Notes: generated from the letters alone by a model not told the origin. DNA of 63,591 nucleotides, filler included, from Sphacelaria rigidula (GCA_964200075.2; 10 parts of 10 records of this genome joined end to end with filler, not necessarily neighbours in it), one strand, 5' to 3'. Shown: positions 1-12,739, numbered from the whole stretch's first letter. A program made the numbers and translations.

Positions 1-66
1 GAGTCTCCTTTCTTCGTCTCTTCTTCGCTTCCTTTCCGATCGTGAGTCGGGTGCTCGCGGGTGGGG

Positions 67-99
<33 letters not shown>

Positions 100-1317
100 C
101 GCGTCACTATCCCTGCCGCCCTTCAAGGTCCAACGCTCACGTGTACCCGGTGGGGGGGTCTGCGCCACGCACCGTCGTGAGACGAAGGCTACGATCGTTT
201 TGAACACCAACCACAGTGTTCTTAAGAAATAAGTATTTTGTAGAAGCTCGATACCACTTGATGCACATGGCCATTGCCAGTGCTGTGCCTGAAGAAAAAA
301 AGAAAAAATCTAGTCCAATATCCGCGAAAAATAATCATTGAACGGGATATGAAGTGGGACCAGCTGCAAAGGGCATGCAGTTCACATGAAGTGCGCGCCC
401 CAGACGAAGGTTCATCGGTCCAACTGGCGGGACCATCGATGTTAGTTCATCGCTTCAAACATGACAGCTTCTCGCGCTCGGTGGAGTTGATGCCGGTGCT
501 CTGTACTGGAACCTTGCGGCATTAATGGTACATCGATGGTGGCAGCCACGCTGTGCGATCAGCGATCAGTCCCCCCTCACGATGCGCACGGGGTGGCAAG
601 TGGTGTATAACTGTTCACACGAAAAATGACCATCCCAATTGCTGTCCGTTGCAAGATAAATTACATGATTATCTGCAAGCATACATGGCGGTCCCTGTTT
701 GAAATTCGAAAAACTTCATCCCCGTCTCCATAAATTACAGTATGAAGAACTGTTGTGATGTACGGCATGGTCAACTGTCTGTGCAACACAGCTTTTTTTT
801 CAACAGATGTATCCCCACGTTTGTTCGATCTCTCAAACCCGTGGTCACAGACGTAGACTCGTCTTCCCAATCCCGCCCCAGCTATTCCTTACAAGACGTC
901 ATATTTTCCGAAACTCTAGACTACAAGCAGAAGCAAGAATAACCGAACAAGACATTGAAAATAAAAATGAAGCACATACAGCATATCACTACACGAGCTG
1001 TGCCAGCCAAGAGTAGATGTGAATCTCGCTCAGGCAACGCACGGCGCGATATCAGAAGTTGGACGCTGAAATTTTGACAGCAGCTTTTCATCATCAAAAT
1101 GCGGAAGATCACGTGAGCAGCAAAGAAAAAATTAAGGGAATAAAATTATTGGCATTTAAAATTTCAGCAAAAACAAGATAATGTCGTGAGTTCAGGGGGG
1201 AAAGGGAAATCTAAAGTTGTTCACGTGAAGTATCAGTTCCTTGAGTGCAAAAGGTCTACCTGAAATTTCAGGTCAAGAGTCGTCGAATGGGCGTTCAACA
1301 AGTTCCGTGACGCTGCT

Positions 1318-1385
1318 GCACCCGTATAATTCAAGTGATGGGAGACTCCAATTACGGAGGTCATGAGTTCGAATCCCGACAGATT
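1318..1385 (+). repeat. tRNA-like Pol III head (SINE or tRNA pseudogene)
   Basis: Degenerate A box TAATTCAAGTGATGG and B box GAGTTCGAATCCC. No clean acceptor stem. Confidence 0.5.
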
Positions 1386-1639
1386 CTTTCTTTTCCTCGT
1401 CTGTCGTTAGGGTTATACATTATGCAGTACATTGTTGTTCATGTTTTTCTTCATTCAGCGGCGGTGCCATGTGTCACCACGTTGGTCTGCACTTCACAGT
1501 AGTATGCTTACATCGGGTTCATTCGGGAAACTGGGAAAGCTGTAGTGTGAGCAACCTTTAGCCGCTTTCAAGCTGGCCCAGCTCGTATCTTACAGCAATA
1601 ACCCACGCTGTATCTTGCGAATGTCCAGAACTGCCGGCT

Positions 1640-2555
1640 TCGGTGATCTTACAAAAACTTAGACGGTGCAAATCTCCACCTTGCCTTTATGATCAGACAT
1701 GCAAGTCGGGACACCGGCTCGACAGAACACAAGCAACAAATGTACCAAGCGGCGCCGCGTGCCGAGGTAATCGCAAGACACGAAGACAACCATTATTATC
1801 ATCATTATTATTTCCGTACATTAGTTCGATCTCGCGAACCCGTGGTCACAGACGTAGGCTCGCCTTTCCAATACCATGATTCCCGAATTTCCGGCAAAAC
1901 GATCGAACCGCCGTCGAACACCAACGCTTCACGGACGAAACGTCGTTCACCCGAAGTTGAAGGTCATGAGGACACGACTTTTGCAAGACTTTTCGCATTA
2001 CATACAGTAGGCCCGCTCCCACGCTGGCGAACAATACCGATCTGTACCGGGGTACTCTCTGGATGATGACTTTACACAAGAATCTTCATCGGAGTATCAC
2101 CTGTCGACATCTTTATTCTACTCAGTACAACCGTGTCCTCGGCAGCTCAATCAACAGTCTCCTGCCCATACACCTCGAGTTACGTGCTGCAGCAGCGCGC
2201 GACGGGATCAAAAGACGCCGGATTTTGTTCCGTCCAAAAAAAAACACTCTTGAAGCGCAGCACTGTTGGGCGCCCACAGATGAGACACCTGAGTCTCTGA
2301 TGGGCATCCTCCACGCGAAAGTGATGCCGATTGGTTGAACAAAAGGACACACCAAGCTCGGCTGTTGGAAGGCTGGCTCCAACCACGACGGAAAAGAGTG
2401 CTTGACGCACACCTCTCCATGAAAACCATCGTTTTTTGGGTGCTGCACCCGTCACGAAGGGTACCAATCGTTCGTCAGGATTGAGGAGCGAGTGTCTAGT
2501 ATCTCCCAATCCCCAAACTTCGGGATCAGACGTTAACTGGGATGAGGGGTGGCAC
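1640..2555 (+). mobile_element. Degenerate repeat, possibly the 3' region of an LTR retrotransposon
   Basis: The segment GTTCGATCTCGCGAACCCGTGGTCACAGACGTAG recurs at about 820-875 (+) and about 59310-59375 (-). ORFs are fragmented, and the region ends in a PPT-like GGGATGAGGGG followed by TG. Family assignment is inference. Confidence 0.35.
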
Positions 2556-2914
2556 GCTTATTTCATAACATTTCATCTTTTCTGCTCTTTTTTTTTTCAA
2601 GTCGGCCATCTCTTTGTGTGCTTCGCTCTTCTTGATTTTTTTTTTCCATATTCTTTTCTTCAAGTCTTAGTCTTCCATGTCGTTCTGTTCGACGTTTTTG
2701 TGCTCCTTTGTTTTCTTCAACGGGTGTTTCAGTTCCGTTTTTTCTTGGGTACGTATATCATGAGACCACAGCTGGACCCATGGGTGGTCACTTCAAGTGC
2801 AAAAACCAATCGATCGAATCAAACCAACACGGGGACACTGATGAAAATCACTTACTACGAAAAAGGCAGTATCCCCTATTTGAGCTGTAAACTTTTTTTT
2901 CCCGTCACACTTTG

Positions 2915-3120
2915 AACCCCTCCCCGTCGTCGGGATGACCCCGTGGTCTCAAGGGATCAACTCATCTCTCCCCCGGTACGATACTTTGTTTACTCACGTT
3001 CTCACGCTTTCCACGGTGGAAATCATACACCACGAAGNNNNNNNNNNCGGGAATCGACCCCCCGTTCTCTCCACCCTAATGGCGACAGTCGGACCATTAC
3101 ACCACCGGGGCGCGGCGGCT
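2915..3120 (-). mobile_element. tRNA-derived SINE family A, internally deleted copy
   Basis: Homologous to 35735-35995 and 56722-57020. The minus strand starts with a tRNA-like head (TGGTAATGGT...GGTCGATTCCCG). Confidence 0.7.
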
Positions 3121-3479
3121 ACTGATGAAGTAGTCGGAAGGGATAGTATCTGCTCAGAAGGGTTCGGGAGCAGTAACCTCGCAGGCCTGTGGTGTGATGT
3201 TTCGGAAAAGCACATCGATCAGTCGTGACGGAATCCTCACTCAAATCAAGAAAACACGGCAGGCTAGTGTACAAGAACGGTACATGGATCCAATCAGGAT
3301 TTCGCGTTTATTCAGACACGTTTTTGGGATATACGGGAAATCAAAGATGATTACAGTAGGGTACGGTACAGTCTTGCGTGTTCGGGGTGCCTTTACCCTG
3401 GCTACTCTGGAATACTGAAAAAAGTCAGCAAATGATATCTTGAGCGTAGCGTAACACCCAGGATCGAGTACGGTACTCA

Positions 3480-3705
3480 ATTCGACTCGACGGTCGACGA
3501 GGGAGGGGGACCGCGGGACTCCTCAAACGATAAAAAAAATAAGACAAGCACCGCAGAAGGAAGGTGGGGAACTAAAACAAAGAAAAAATATATACATATA
3601 TATTGTGTTGGCCTCCCTCCCGTGTGACCCCGGCTGGTGCGCCCACACATTACCTCAAGGTGTAGACCGACGTCCAGAATAAATGGGACGATAGCACACA
3701 CACTC
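3480..3705 (+). mobile_element. SINE family B body
   Basis: Matches the reverse complement of 8790-9010 (GCACCGCAGAAGGAAGGTGG...CGTCCAGAATA) and 60000-60130. Confidence 0.7.
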
Positions 3706-3754
3706 CAGGTACTGGATTTTCCCGAGAACGTTTGGTACCCAGTTCTCGAGAGCA

Positions 3755-4130
3755 CATGGAACTACGCCAGAAAAAGGTGTGTTCATCACTTGGTCGAGGA
3801 CGAAGTTTCTCGGAAACATCTTTTTTCAGAAGGCCCAACCCAATCAAAACACCCAGGGAGCAGTACATCTCTGGATGTGGCAATACCACAAAAAAGCAGT
3901 TCTTTCGAGGCTGCGCTCTATATGCAAGAAAATCAGTACGCCTCAGGGCGGAACACCTTATGTAGGATACAGGTTACCCTTCATCCCGACTCGACGAAAA
4001 CATCCCAGCGCTCCCCGCTTGGCGATTGCCAGCCTGGTGTGGCGAAAATCCGGCGCGGTCCGTCCCGGCTTGTAAGGGTTCAGCGTTAATGGTCTCGTGA
4101 CTACGACGTGCAAGATCATGAGTGTACCCC
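3755..4130 (+). mobile_element. LINE 3' fragment, oligo(C)-ended family 2
   Basis: Degenerate zinc-knuckle-like ORF2 end (GCGN...GCALY...RRGPSRL). The 3' end AATGGTCTCGTGACTACGACGTGCAAGATCATGAGTGTACCCC is homologous to 36790-36900 (-). Confidence 0.6.
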
Positions 4131-4333
4131 TAGCTCTAAATCACTAGTGCTCCGAATCTACCCATTTCCCATGATCACACATTCGCAGCAGCAACAACGA
4201 CAAAAAACACCACACCAAATATTGTGAGCAGCACGAGAGGCCGGTCAGCAAAGCAGGGATGTCAAGAAAGAAGCTGACGGGAGAGCTTCACGATCGACGA
4301 CACAGTGTACGTACGGTGCGGAGTACAGATCAC

Positions 4334-4474
4334 CTGCTTGCAAGACGCCATCGACGACTGGCTGAAGCTGTCCTGCGCAAGGATACCTTCAGCCCTAGCC
4401 CCCGCATACAGCTCGTACTGCGCACTACCCTCCCCCTCAGGAGCAATCTGGGCCAAGTCTAGCCCTTGGTACTC
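4334..4474 (-). CDS. Probable internal exon of a host gene, unknown product (EYQGLDLAQIAPEGEGSAQYELYAGARAEGILAQDSFSQSSMASCKQ)
   Basis: 141 nt, open, phase 0-0, bounded by GTACAG| and |GTGATC, with protein-like composition. Confidence 0.55.
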
Positions 4475-5591
4475 CTGTACGTTTGTGGAGTCGTGCACCC
4501 CATATCCTGTGATGATAACCACTCGTTTGCTCACGCCGTTCTGCCGTACCGTATGGTCATCCCCCAACGCGTCACAGACGGCGGGGGGGGGGGGCGGGGA
4601 AGGGACAGGGATCATGACCATCCAGGGCTCGAGCATGCCTTCGACGTGCTCGATACACGAAGAGAAATGCGTGTAATGGATCATTGATAGCGGACATGAA
4701 CAAAAAAAAGTAAAAAAAATGTTCAAGCACAAGAACTAGGCGATTCAACACACATTCCCGCTATGAACTGCGAATGGTGGAAATCTGTAAGGTAGAAAAT
4801 TTCGGAACTTTCAGTTACCCATGACTCAGCAACAACAAGGTCCACACTTGAAAAGTGGTGTCTAGGGGATCGATGGGTACGTATGAACGAGCAAAAGTCA
4901 ACGATGGAAGTGATCATCCAAGGCCCACCAATTTCCTGCGCCGTTTTCAAGCAGGGTTAATCATTAAATCCACACTATAGGAAAAGAGCACCAGCATAGT
5001 GCGGGGCACTGCAGCACTACTGTGCTAATGGAAACACATCGGCCGAGTGTCTCAGGAGCACATAAGCAACCAATGTCACTTCATGTGGAGAGCAAAATCC
5101 ACATAACCTCTTGCTTCGGCTCCACATGTGCGAGCACCCCACGCAAGTAACCCAGTTACAACCAAACCGAACCGATCTAGGAACTTTTTGCTGCTATCCA
5201 CTGTGCCTTCATGGGCCCTGGTTGCGGGTGCGTGCTATAATGAGGTCATATCACAACTTGGTATGTGAACAATTTTTTCGTAAAATTACGACTCTGAGAA
5301 TAGCGCCAACCCTAACCCTAACCCTGATCTCAACCCCTACCAAGGCAATTCCGTGAACCCTTGGGCAAGGGGAAGGAGGGGGGGGGGGTGCAAAGTGTAC
5401 CTCAGGCAACGTCTGCGTTGACAAACCTCGAATCGGTGCGTGCGGCCGATTTCGACAAAAGGGAGTTCTGCTCACACTCCTGTAGGGGGATTTGGGGCTG
5501 TCAACCCCGCCAAAGATACACTTGTCGGTGTTCACACTCGAATGAAGTTAGAGTATTCCGCGATCCTTCTACAAATCAAGTGGGAATATTT

Positions 5592-5842
5592 CAAGGGTCG
5601 TGAATGATTCGTCCGGAAATTACTCGATTTTAGTGTAGTTGATTCGTACGGTACGAATCAATCCTTGGCCTTTGTTTTCAGCGTTGCAAGCCAGGTACGC
5701 GAAGCTCAGGCACGTGGAATGGCACAAAAGTTGCGTGGAGACCTGTTCGACCAGCGGTCGGCTTTTTTCTCTCTTCCGATCAATCAGGGCTAAAAATTGT
5801 GGATTTGGTGATTCGAATCGGAGATGATTCGTCCGAACCGTG
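5592..5842. mobile_element. hAT-type MITE family H1
   Basis: CA...TG termini and a perfect 8-bp TSD GAATATTT (5584-5591 and 5843-5850). Homologous to 11525-11781 (inverted) and 38216-38437. Confidence 0.85.
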
Positions 5843-6167
5843 GAATATTTACCGTGTGTGCTTGGTTTCTTCGCGTGTTAGGTACGGGGCCAGGGGCGGA
5901 GGCGAGGGGGGCACTCGATGTGTGCGCTCAGCCTTCCAATGTAGACGTCTTGCGTAATATTCAACAAAATCCAAAACGAAACGCTGCTACCTCCGACGTG
6001 CAAACGGTTGCCAAGGTATAGATACCTCCAACTACCGGAGAACATTGCATGGGAAGTTGAGCGCACTTATGACGACGCGCTTCTTGTCCGTAGTATGAGT
6101 ATGGCCCGGAAGTACAAGTCGAAGGGACGGAGGAAGAAGTACATGGCCCAAACATGAAAACTTGAGA

Positions 6168-6239
6168 CACTTTCTACGATAGCCTCCCCCCCCGCAAAAC
6201 CAGCTAAAAGTGTCACGAAAAAAATGGCCATACAGCGCC
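6168..6239. repeat. Putative DNA-transposon terminus (PIF/Harbinger-like)
   Basis: Near-identical to 25310-25377. Ends CCATACAGCGCC followed by TGA, i.e. GGCGCTGTATGG on the minus strand. Confidence 0.55.
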
Positions 6240-6270
6240 TGATGTTCGGGTTCAGGCTGCATGGAGCGCC

Positions 6271-6370
6271 NNNNNNNNNNNNNNNNNNNNNNNNNNNNNN
6301 NNNNNNNNNNNNNNTTAATTAATTAANNNNNNNNNNNNNNNNNNNNNNNNNNNNNNNNNNNNNNNNNNNN
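6271..6370. other. Artificial contig linker (N44-TTAATTAATTAA-N44)
   Basis: 100-nt spacer with stops in all six frames. Identical linkers start at 12640, 19009, 25378, 31747, 38116, 44485, 50854 and 57223, a period of 6369. Confidence 0.99.
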
Positions 6371-6764
6371 GTGGGAGGGTGGAGGAAGATGAGCGGGAGC
6401 GGGGGGGCGGGGTGGGGCGTGGATGTGTGGGAGGGACGGCTGGGGGGGGGGGGGGGGGGGGGGTTGTCTCGACAAGACTAGACCCTTTCTTAACCAAAAG
6501 TACAGCTATGCATCACGGCAGCGTTCTTCAGGGTACGGATAAAGAAAAATAGAGGTAGACCACATGCTTGCAAGACTTGGAGTACTCTTTGCTTGATATC
6601 CTGGTACCACTGTGCTGGAGGACGCTCAGACGCCTACCCGGAAACACAGAGATTACATACTTCCCTCCCTGTCCGTTGTGGGTCGACATCCAGCACAGAA
6701 TATTGAAGTCGGCCGTATCATGCATGCTGTGTTTCCCACACGAATACGTCAACGTGTTTCGCAG

Positions 6765-6818
6765 GTCCCTGGCAGACAAGGTGTACCTTGTGACGGGCTC
6801 TTCGGACGGAATTGGCAG
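6765..6818 (+). CDS. 54-nt exon of a short-chain dehydrogenase/reductase (SDR), N-terminal cofactor-binding motif
   Basis: TTTCGCAG|exon|GTGAGC encodes SLADKVYLVTGSSDGIG, the canonical SDR TGxxxGIG Rossmann motif. I did not identify other exons. Confidence 0.8.
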
Positions 6819-7335
6819 GTGAGCTTCAGAGCGCACTGCAGCGGTATAGGTTACCAATAACGATCCTGTTTTTCTGTCTGTCAATCACACAAACAATCAA
6901 TCCATCTGTCTGTCTGCACAGTACTGAAGTACACAGCAGAAGTTGCAAGACTAATCTCACGAACTTATCCATTATGGCTATCCAATGGGGGCACGCGTAG
7001 CGATGTGAGAGCTTTGACAGGTGCTGAGGGTACGTAGGCTAGGGTACAAAGTAGGATATTCCGGGGGTCTAGATAACCTGGGTACTGTGAATTATTTCAT
7101 TGCTTTTCGGCTGTCGACACCCCGAGTACCCTAGAATACTGCAGTCGACACACCAGAGTTCTGAGTATTCTTGGCATTTGGTACCCTGGGAATCAGGAAG
7201 ATCCGGTACTTGTACTCGGTCCATACATTGTAGTGCCGAGTGTTCTCGGGGATCGATACCCTGCGTAACTCGCAGCACTGGGCACTCCGAGTAGCCTGAG
7301 ATCTAAGTATTTTGAGAAAAGAAGTACCCGAGGAT

Positions 7336-7784
7336 CGCACTAGTGATGCACACGAGAAAAAACGACTCGATACGATATCCGATACCTGCGGTCAAAAATT
7401 CGCGATATCGATACGATATTCCATATATCGTACCGCGTTGTATCGCGTGATATCCCATGATATCCGATATGATATTGGGATATTCGCCTCTAAATTTCCC
7501 CCAAAACGTCCAGAAACTAGAACCAGCCCGGTTTTCACACATAAAATTGCACATATCGCGTCTTGTACCCAGTGATATATCGTGCGGTACATGATATCGC
7601 AGGGTATATCGCGGGATTTTATCACGTATCGTGCAATATATCGCAGGGTATCTCACGTATCGCACGATATATCGCGTATGGTATCGAGATATCGCGCAAC
7701 TTTGGGCGATATCGATACCGATACACCCCCACATATTGAGGTAGATAAATCGATATCGAAGACACGGTGCGCATCACTCGTGCG
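7336..7784. mobile_element. MITE with 18-bp imperfect TIRs and a dense GATATC/CGATAT internal array
   Basis: CGCACTAGTGATGCACAC pairs with GTGCGCATCACTCGTGCG. TAGTGATG resembles hAT termini. No TSD visible. Confidence 0.7.
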
Positions 7785-8784
7785 TAGCCTACTCTGAGCA
7801 CCGTTGAAAAACTTGAGTCCGTCACCACCTGGAGCAGCAAGATGGTCATAATCCACGAAATGCCCCGGGACGTCGTATGCTGCTCCAGTACGTGCTGCGG
7901 CACGTTATGTGAGAGAGCCAACTCCAAACTTTGCTATGTATTGGCATGTGTGGGGAGTTGTCGGCCGGGAGGGAGATATGGCACAGCAGTATCAAAGATT
8001 CGAAAAATTCGGCATTTGGGCCGACTGCGTTCCTGAAAAACAAATCCGATCGACGAAACAAGGCTGTACAGCGCTCATAGAAGATGCGCTCAAGGGCCTC
8101 TTTTTTTGTGGTATTTCACAGGGTTGCGAAAATTTCAACAGAATGTTATCACATGTTTTGCGACATTCGGCACCGTTTTTGAGCCCGAAGCACGAAATAT
8201 CAATACTACATGTTTTGCGCACTTTGCATGCTAGCATGACTCAGTCAAGGACTCGTGCGATGGCGGGGTAAGCAGAAGAATAATTTTTTCAGCGGTTCGA
8301 AGAAGAGCGAGAGTATCATCTATTGATTGGAGTCGGAGTATCAGATATGGTTATCTGACCAACTCTGGGCGATGTACATCGAAGAAGAGGAAGTGAGACT
8401 GAAGCGAGAAAAGCGACAACGGCAAAATCAACGAGAGTAATGAGATGACTCAAGCCACGATGAATGTTTTGAGAGAGGAGCAACGAGCACCCTTTTTGAG
8501 GGAGTACGAGAAATACGCGAAGCTGGGAAAATAACCAGCATTTGGGCAGGAGAGTCGCAATAGGCCTATACTTTATGCAGTACGTTTCTTGTCTGTTGCA
8601 ACTATTGACCATATTTTGTCCAAGGTGTAGACCGGCAGGCATGCTGCGCAGTTTTGTATTCGAGCATACCTCTGGTATTTTGGCGTTTTGATTTGAGTTG
8701 ATTCCATTTGATGGATTATTTTCTCTACCTCGAGAAGAAACGGTACAAACACCACTACTGCAAGTTTTCATTTTACGGTGCTCA

Positions 8785-9145
8785 TTTTGCGTGCGTGTGT
8801 TGTCGTCCCTTCTATTCTGGACGCCAGCCTACACCTTTCGTTACATATGTGGGCGCACCAGACGGGGGTCACACAGGAGGAAGGTCAACACAGGAGCTTT
8901 TTTCATTTTTTTTTAGTTCTCCACCTTCCTTCTGCGGTGCTTGCCTTTATCTTTTATCACGAAAGGGGTTCAGCAGTCCCTTTCCCTCGTCAACCATTAC
9001 GTCAGATTTTGTGTACTCACGACAAAGTCGCTCTCCACTGTTGGGCATTTTGTGAGAAAAAATCCCAGGTCACTCCGAGATTCGAACCCATGACCCAACC
9101 GCCAGAAGGTTTTGAGGTTACCAACTGAGCCACCGCGGCGATCGG
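8785..9145 (-). mobile_element. tRNA-derived SINE family B, copy with head
   Basis: Minus-strand A box TGGCTCAGTTGG and B box GGTTCGAATCT, followed by a body shared with 3480-3705 and 60000-60130. Confidence 0.8.
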
Positions 9146-10319
9146 CTTCATTTACGAACATTATTTCCAGGAATCATTTTCTGCACGGTGAAATGAGATC
9201 AATTGTGGGATTTTTTTCTGTTGAGCATGGATGCAGGGTTACCATGCAAGCATCCCTACATATGGTGACTGTAGACGATTGCCTGATGCAGACCGTGTTG
9301 CAAACGGTACGTAAAATCGATTTTCACGTAGACAACAGAGTCTGATTACCATGTGCACGGCACGTTTTTGAAAGAATCGAGTATTGTAAAATTGAGTGTG
9401 TTTCTTGAATGCCATCATGGGAATTGAGGAGTCTGAAAAGAGTCTATACTGTACTGTGCATTTACCTTCGTGATTTTTAATTGTTCCAAGAAAGATTGGC
9501 AAGCTGGTAAATAGCTAAGATTGCTATCCCTATATGAATTTTTCCTTGTGGCGTACTGACTGACGCAAATGATTATTGAAATGAAGCATGATAGTTTACG
9601 GAGGACTCTCCTATATTCAGGATTTGAGCTTTCGATTGCTAAAGTAGGCGAGTTTGCTCTGTGCGTGGCTGGACAGGCGGTTCCTGACGGGATCAGGGTT
9701 TTTTTTTCAGCTCTTGGTAATTTAATGTTGGGTTCATGTTTGGCAAACATGAAATATTCTCCCGTTTTCAGAACGAGGCGTTGTGTATTCAGGATAAACT
9801 ATGAGGTCTTGAGCCGTAAGCAGGGGGGCTGATCGAATGTACTTACGCTCAAGGATGATATGCGTGTACATGAGACGTATATACCTGAGTGCAGTGGAAA
9901 ATATTTCTAGATTGGGTCATGACATTTCGGGGAACTACGGATAGGACTGTTTTGCTGTTTGTAATTTCACCATGACCTGAAGTAAGGTATACCCGATACT
10001 ATGCTTGTAGTAAGGATTTAGGGTACGAACAGGATTTGATATGTGGTTCCAATTGTTACAGAGCCCGATGATGTCAACTTCCACCGCCTGTTCAGTGGTA
10101 GCTGTTGTCATTTGTTTTGCCTTCTTGCTGGATACTGTCCAGTGTGCGCCAACGTGAGAATGTTCGTGAATGAATATAACATGATGTATGGCTCTCTGTC
10201 TGCACTGACCTCGACCGGCCACTCGCTTACCGCAAGGATGTACCCGCAGCACGTGAAATCCATACCCCAACAGCACACTCTTTTGAATCTCATAGTCAGA
10301 CGACAGACGACATACGTAT

Positions 10320-10800
10320 AATAGTGTCTATTGTCATCTGCGTCCCTCATGAATATCCCATGCCTTGCTCTGTAATGTCGGATGAGTGTGGCTCTGCTGA
10401 AGTACACGAGTGGAATCTCTCCCACGAGCATCTCAAGACTATTCCATTCAACCTCCAGTCTTGCTTCGTCGGTTGTGGGGGGCGTCTGATAAAGCTTGAA
10501 GATGTGATGCCATGCCTCGCTTGGGCTTCTTATTCTCAGCATCGTGATCTGATCCACCATAATGTTCCGTGCTCTGGAAGCTTGGTCTACCTCCTCTGCA
10601 TCAAACTTGATCCTAAGTGCATCCTCCCTCTCAAAGCGAACCTTGACCGGAAGTCGGGGGGGACGAAGCTGAAAAACACCGTTCTTGCTTGAAGTAGGTG
10701 CTCACCTTTAGCTTGACCCCTTCTGGAACTCGCGAAAAGCAATACAAACTCCCATATGCGAGCTTTCGTCATCGGGGACACGTCACTTCGTGTTCGGTGC
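10320..10800 (-). pseudogene. gag: Ty1/copia gag remnant
   Basis: SPSEAWHHIFKLY...EARLEVEWNSLEMLVGEIPLVYFSRATLIR fits the copia gag (UBN2-type) pattern. Frameshifted. Confidence 0.65.
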
Positions 10801-11524
10801 ACGAATCTGTCACATCATTGTACTTGAATATAGAGTGGTGCGCCGTTTTGGTGGGCTGCATCATCAACACTTGCAGAAAAACAACCATATCTTGTTGCAC
10901 AAGAAAACGTCAATCGTCAAATCGTCATTTTTCCATCAACGGTTCCAAAAGTGCTGAACACAGAAAACTTCAGACCTTACACTTGACCACTCTTGACTGA
11001 TCCATCCCAGGGAACTATCGTATTGAGCGTAGCGACGTGCCTGTGTGACATATTTGGGCCGCGGTTGAAGTCTGTAGTCCTTGCTGGGGCGGGTCCTGCT
11101 CCTGAATGGTCGTCGAGGGTCTCTCCTGTTGAAGGGTCGCCACGCTCCTCGCCGGGGTTGCCTCTTCTAAATTTGATGCCGCTCGTGTTTTTCATCAAGC
11201 AAGGGTGCCGTTTGCCTACTTAAGGCCTGTACAATACTCCTTTTATGGGTCTTGCTGTTGCTTCTTCCATATTTCCCTGACAAGGGTTCGCTGTTCATTA
11301 GACAGGGTCTCGAGAATCGGGTGATCTATAACAAAACCTAGACTCCTTGGAGATTAATCCGTAGCTAACCCCTTGATGACTCGTTCCTCTATGGTTCTTG
11401 CTGTTTACTACTGTACAGTGTGTGTCAACGTGGGAATTCTTGTAAAATGAATGTACTATAATATAATCATGGTTCTTTGCCTACTCCAATGGCCTCGACC
11501 GACCACTCGCTTACCGCAACGATG

Positions 11525-11781
11525 CATGGTTAGGACGAATCATCACGGGTGCGAATCGCCAAATTCACGATTCCTTCGGCCTGACTGCCCAAAAGGCAGA
11601 AAAGGTCAACCGCTGGTCCAAGGGGTATCCACGCGACTTTTGCGCCATTCCACGTGTCTGGGCTGCGTGTTCCTGGGTTGCAACGCTGAAAACAAAGTCT
11701 AGGGATTGATTCGTACGATTCGAATCAATTACACTAAAACCAAGTAATTTACTGACGAATCATTGATTTGTCCGACCCTTG
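11525..11781. mobile_element. hAT-type MITE family H1
   Basis: TIRs CATGGTTAGGACGAATCA and TGATTTGTCCGACCCTTG. TSD CAACGATG/TAACGATG. A paralogous empty site lies at about 10209-10270. Confidence 0.85.
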
Positions 11782-12498
11782 TAACGATGAACCCGGAGCA
11801 CGTGTAATCCGACCCAACTGCTGTACACCGAAGGCCGTAAAATCCACTTTTTTCGGGCTTGCTATAGTAGGTTCCTAGCTTTCGCAGCTTGCCACTTCCC
11901 GAACACCCAACTAGAAATAAGAAAATATGTGAAAATGGATTGTACAGGTTACATTGATCACAGCACAGATGCAATTTTTGTTCTCTTGTGTCATGTCCAT
12001 TTGAACTTTTGGGCAAGTGGTCATTTGCGACCAGCTAGAAGCGCAGCGATTCGGAAAAAATGGTTAGGCTCCTCTGGGTGAGGTGGCGCAAAGTGTGCTT
12101 CATACCCCTTCCCTTCCTCGACACAAGCCCGTGGCCTGAAGGGATCCCTCCCATGTCCCCGGAACCTGCTCGATATCTTGTTATCGAGATTGGATAATGA
12201 CTACTCCCGCACCCCGTCGATTCCCGTCGGAACGTTTTTTGGACAAGCGGTTGCGATATTTTCTGCTCTGGGCAAGAAGTTGCATGTCTCTAAGTCCAGG
12301 CACCAAAACCCCCCTCAACGCCCCTTTTTGGTCTTACCAAAATATTTTTCACGTTGGCCGACTACCACAATAAAAGCAGTACCAATGTCTCTGCCTCTGG
12401 AAGCCGCTGCATTTGCTGCAGGAGTAATTTAACATACGTAGACAACTGATTAGGTGAACTTATCTTCTCCGGCACCTCCCCCTCCCCCCCACGCTATT

Positions 12499-12566
12499 TG
12501 CTCCGTCTCGAAAGGGATGCGTGGTCAATGGTCGAACGACTAAGGCAAGCAACAAATGAGTACGCC
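12499..12566 (+). mobile_element. LINE 3' terminal fragment, family 1
   Basis: GCTCCGTCTCGAAAGGGATGCGTGGTCAATGG...AACAAATGAGTACGCC, shared with eight other copies. Confidence 0.8.
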
Positions 12567-12739
12567 AACAAACCACAAACAACCAAAAAAAAAAAAAAAA
12601 AACAAAAAAACAAAAAAAAAAAAAAAAAAAAAAAAAAAANNNNNNNNNNNNNNNNNNNNNNNNNNNNNNNNNNNNNNNNNNNNTTAATTAATTAANNNNN
12701 NNNNNNNNNNNNNNNNNNNNNNNNNNNNNNNNNNNNNNN

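Noticed and set aside
6315..6326. TTAATTAATTAA repeated at an exact period, resembling a regular repeat array
   Set aside because: It is embedded in N-runs and is an assembly linker with six-frame stops, not biology.
8300..8535. Charged, virus-like short ORF pieces (LSDQLWAMYIEEEEVRLKREKRQ)
   Set aside because: Short, frameshifted and purine-rich. It cannot be distinguished from chance without a search.
9065..9140. Functional tRNA gene
   Set aside because: A and B boxes are present, but the stems are broken and the head is attached to a dispersed repeat body, so it is a SINE head.
12567..12639. Apparent poly(A) tail on a family 1 LINE end
   Set aside because: It is a mixed A/C low-complexity run at a contig end and may be low-quality sequence after a homopolymer. 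I treat it as uninformative, though it is a possible counter-example to the C-tail claim.
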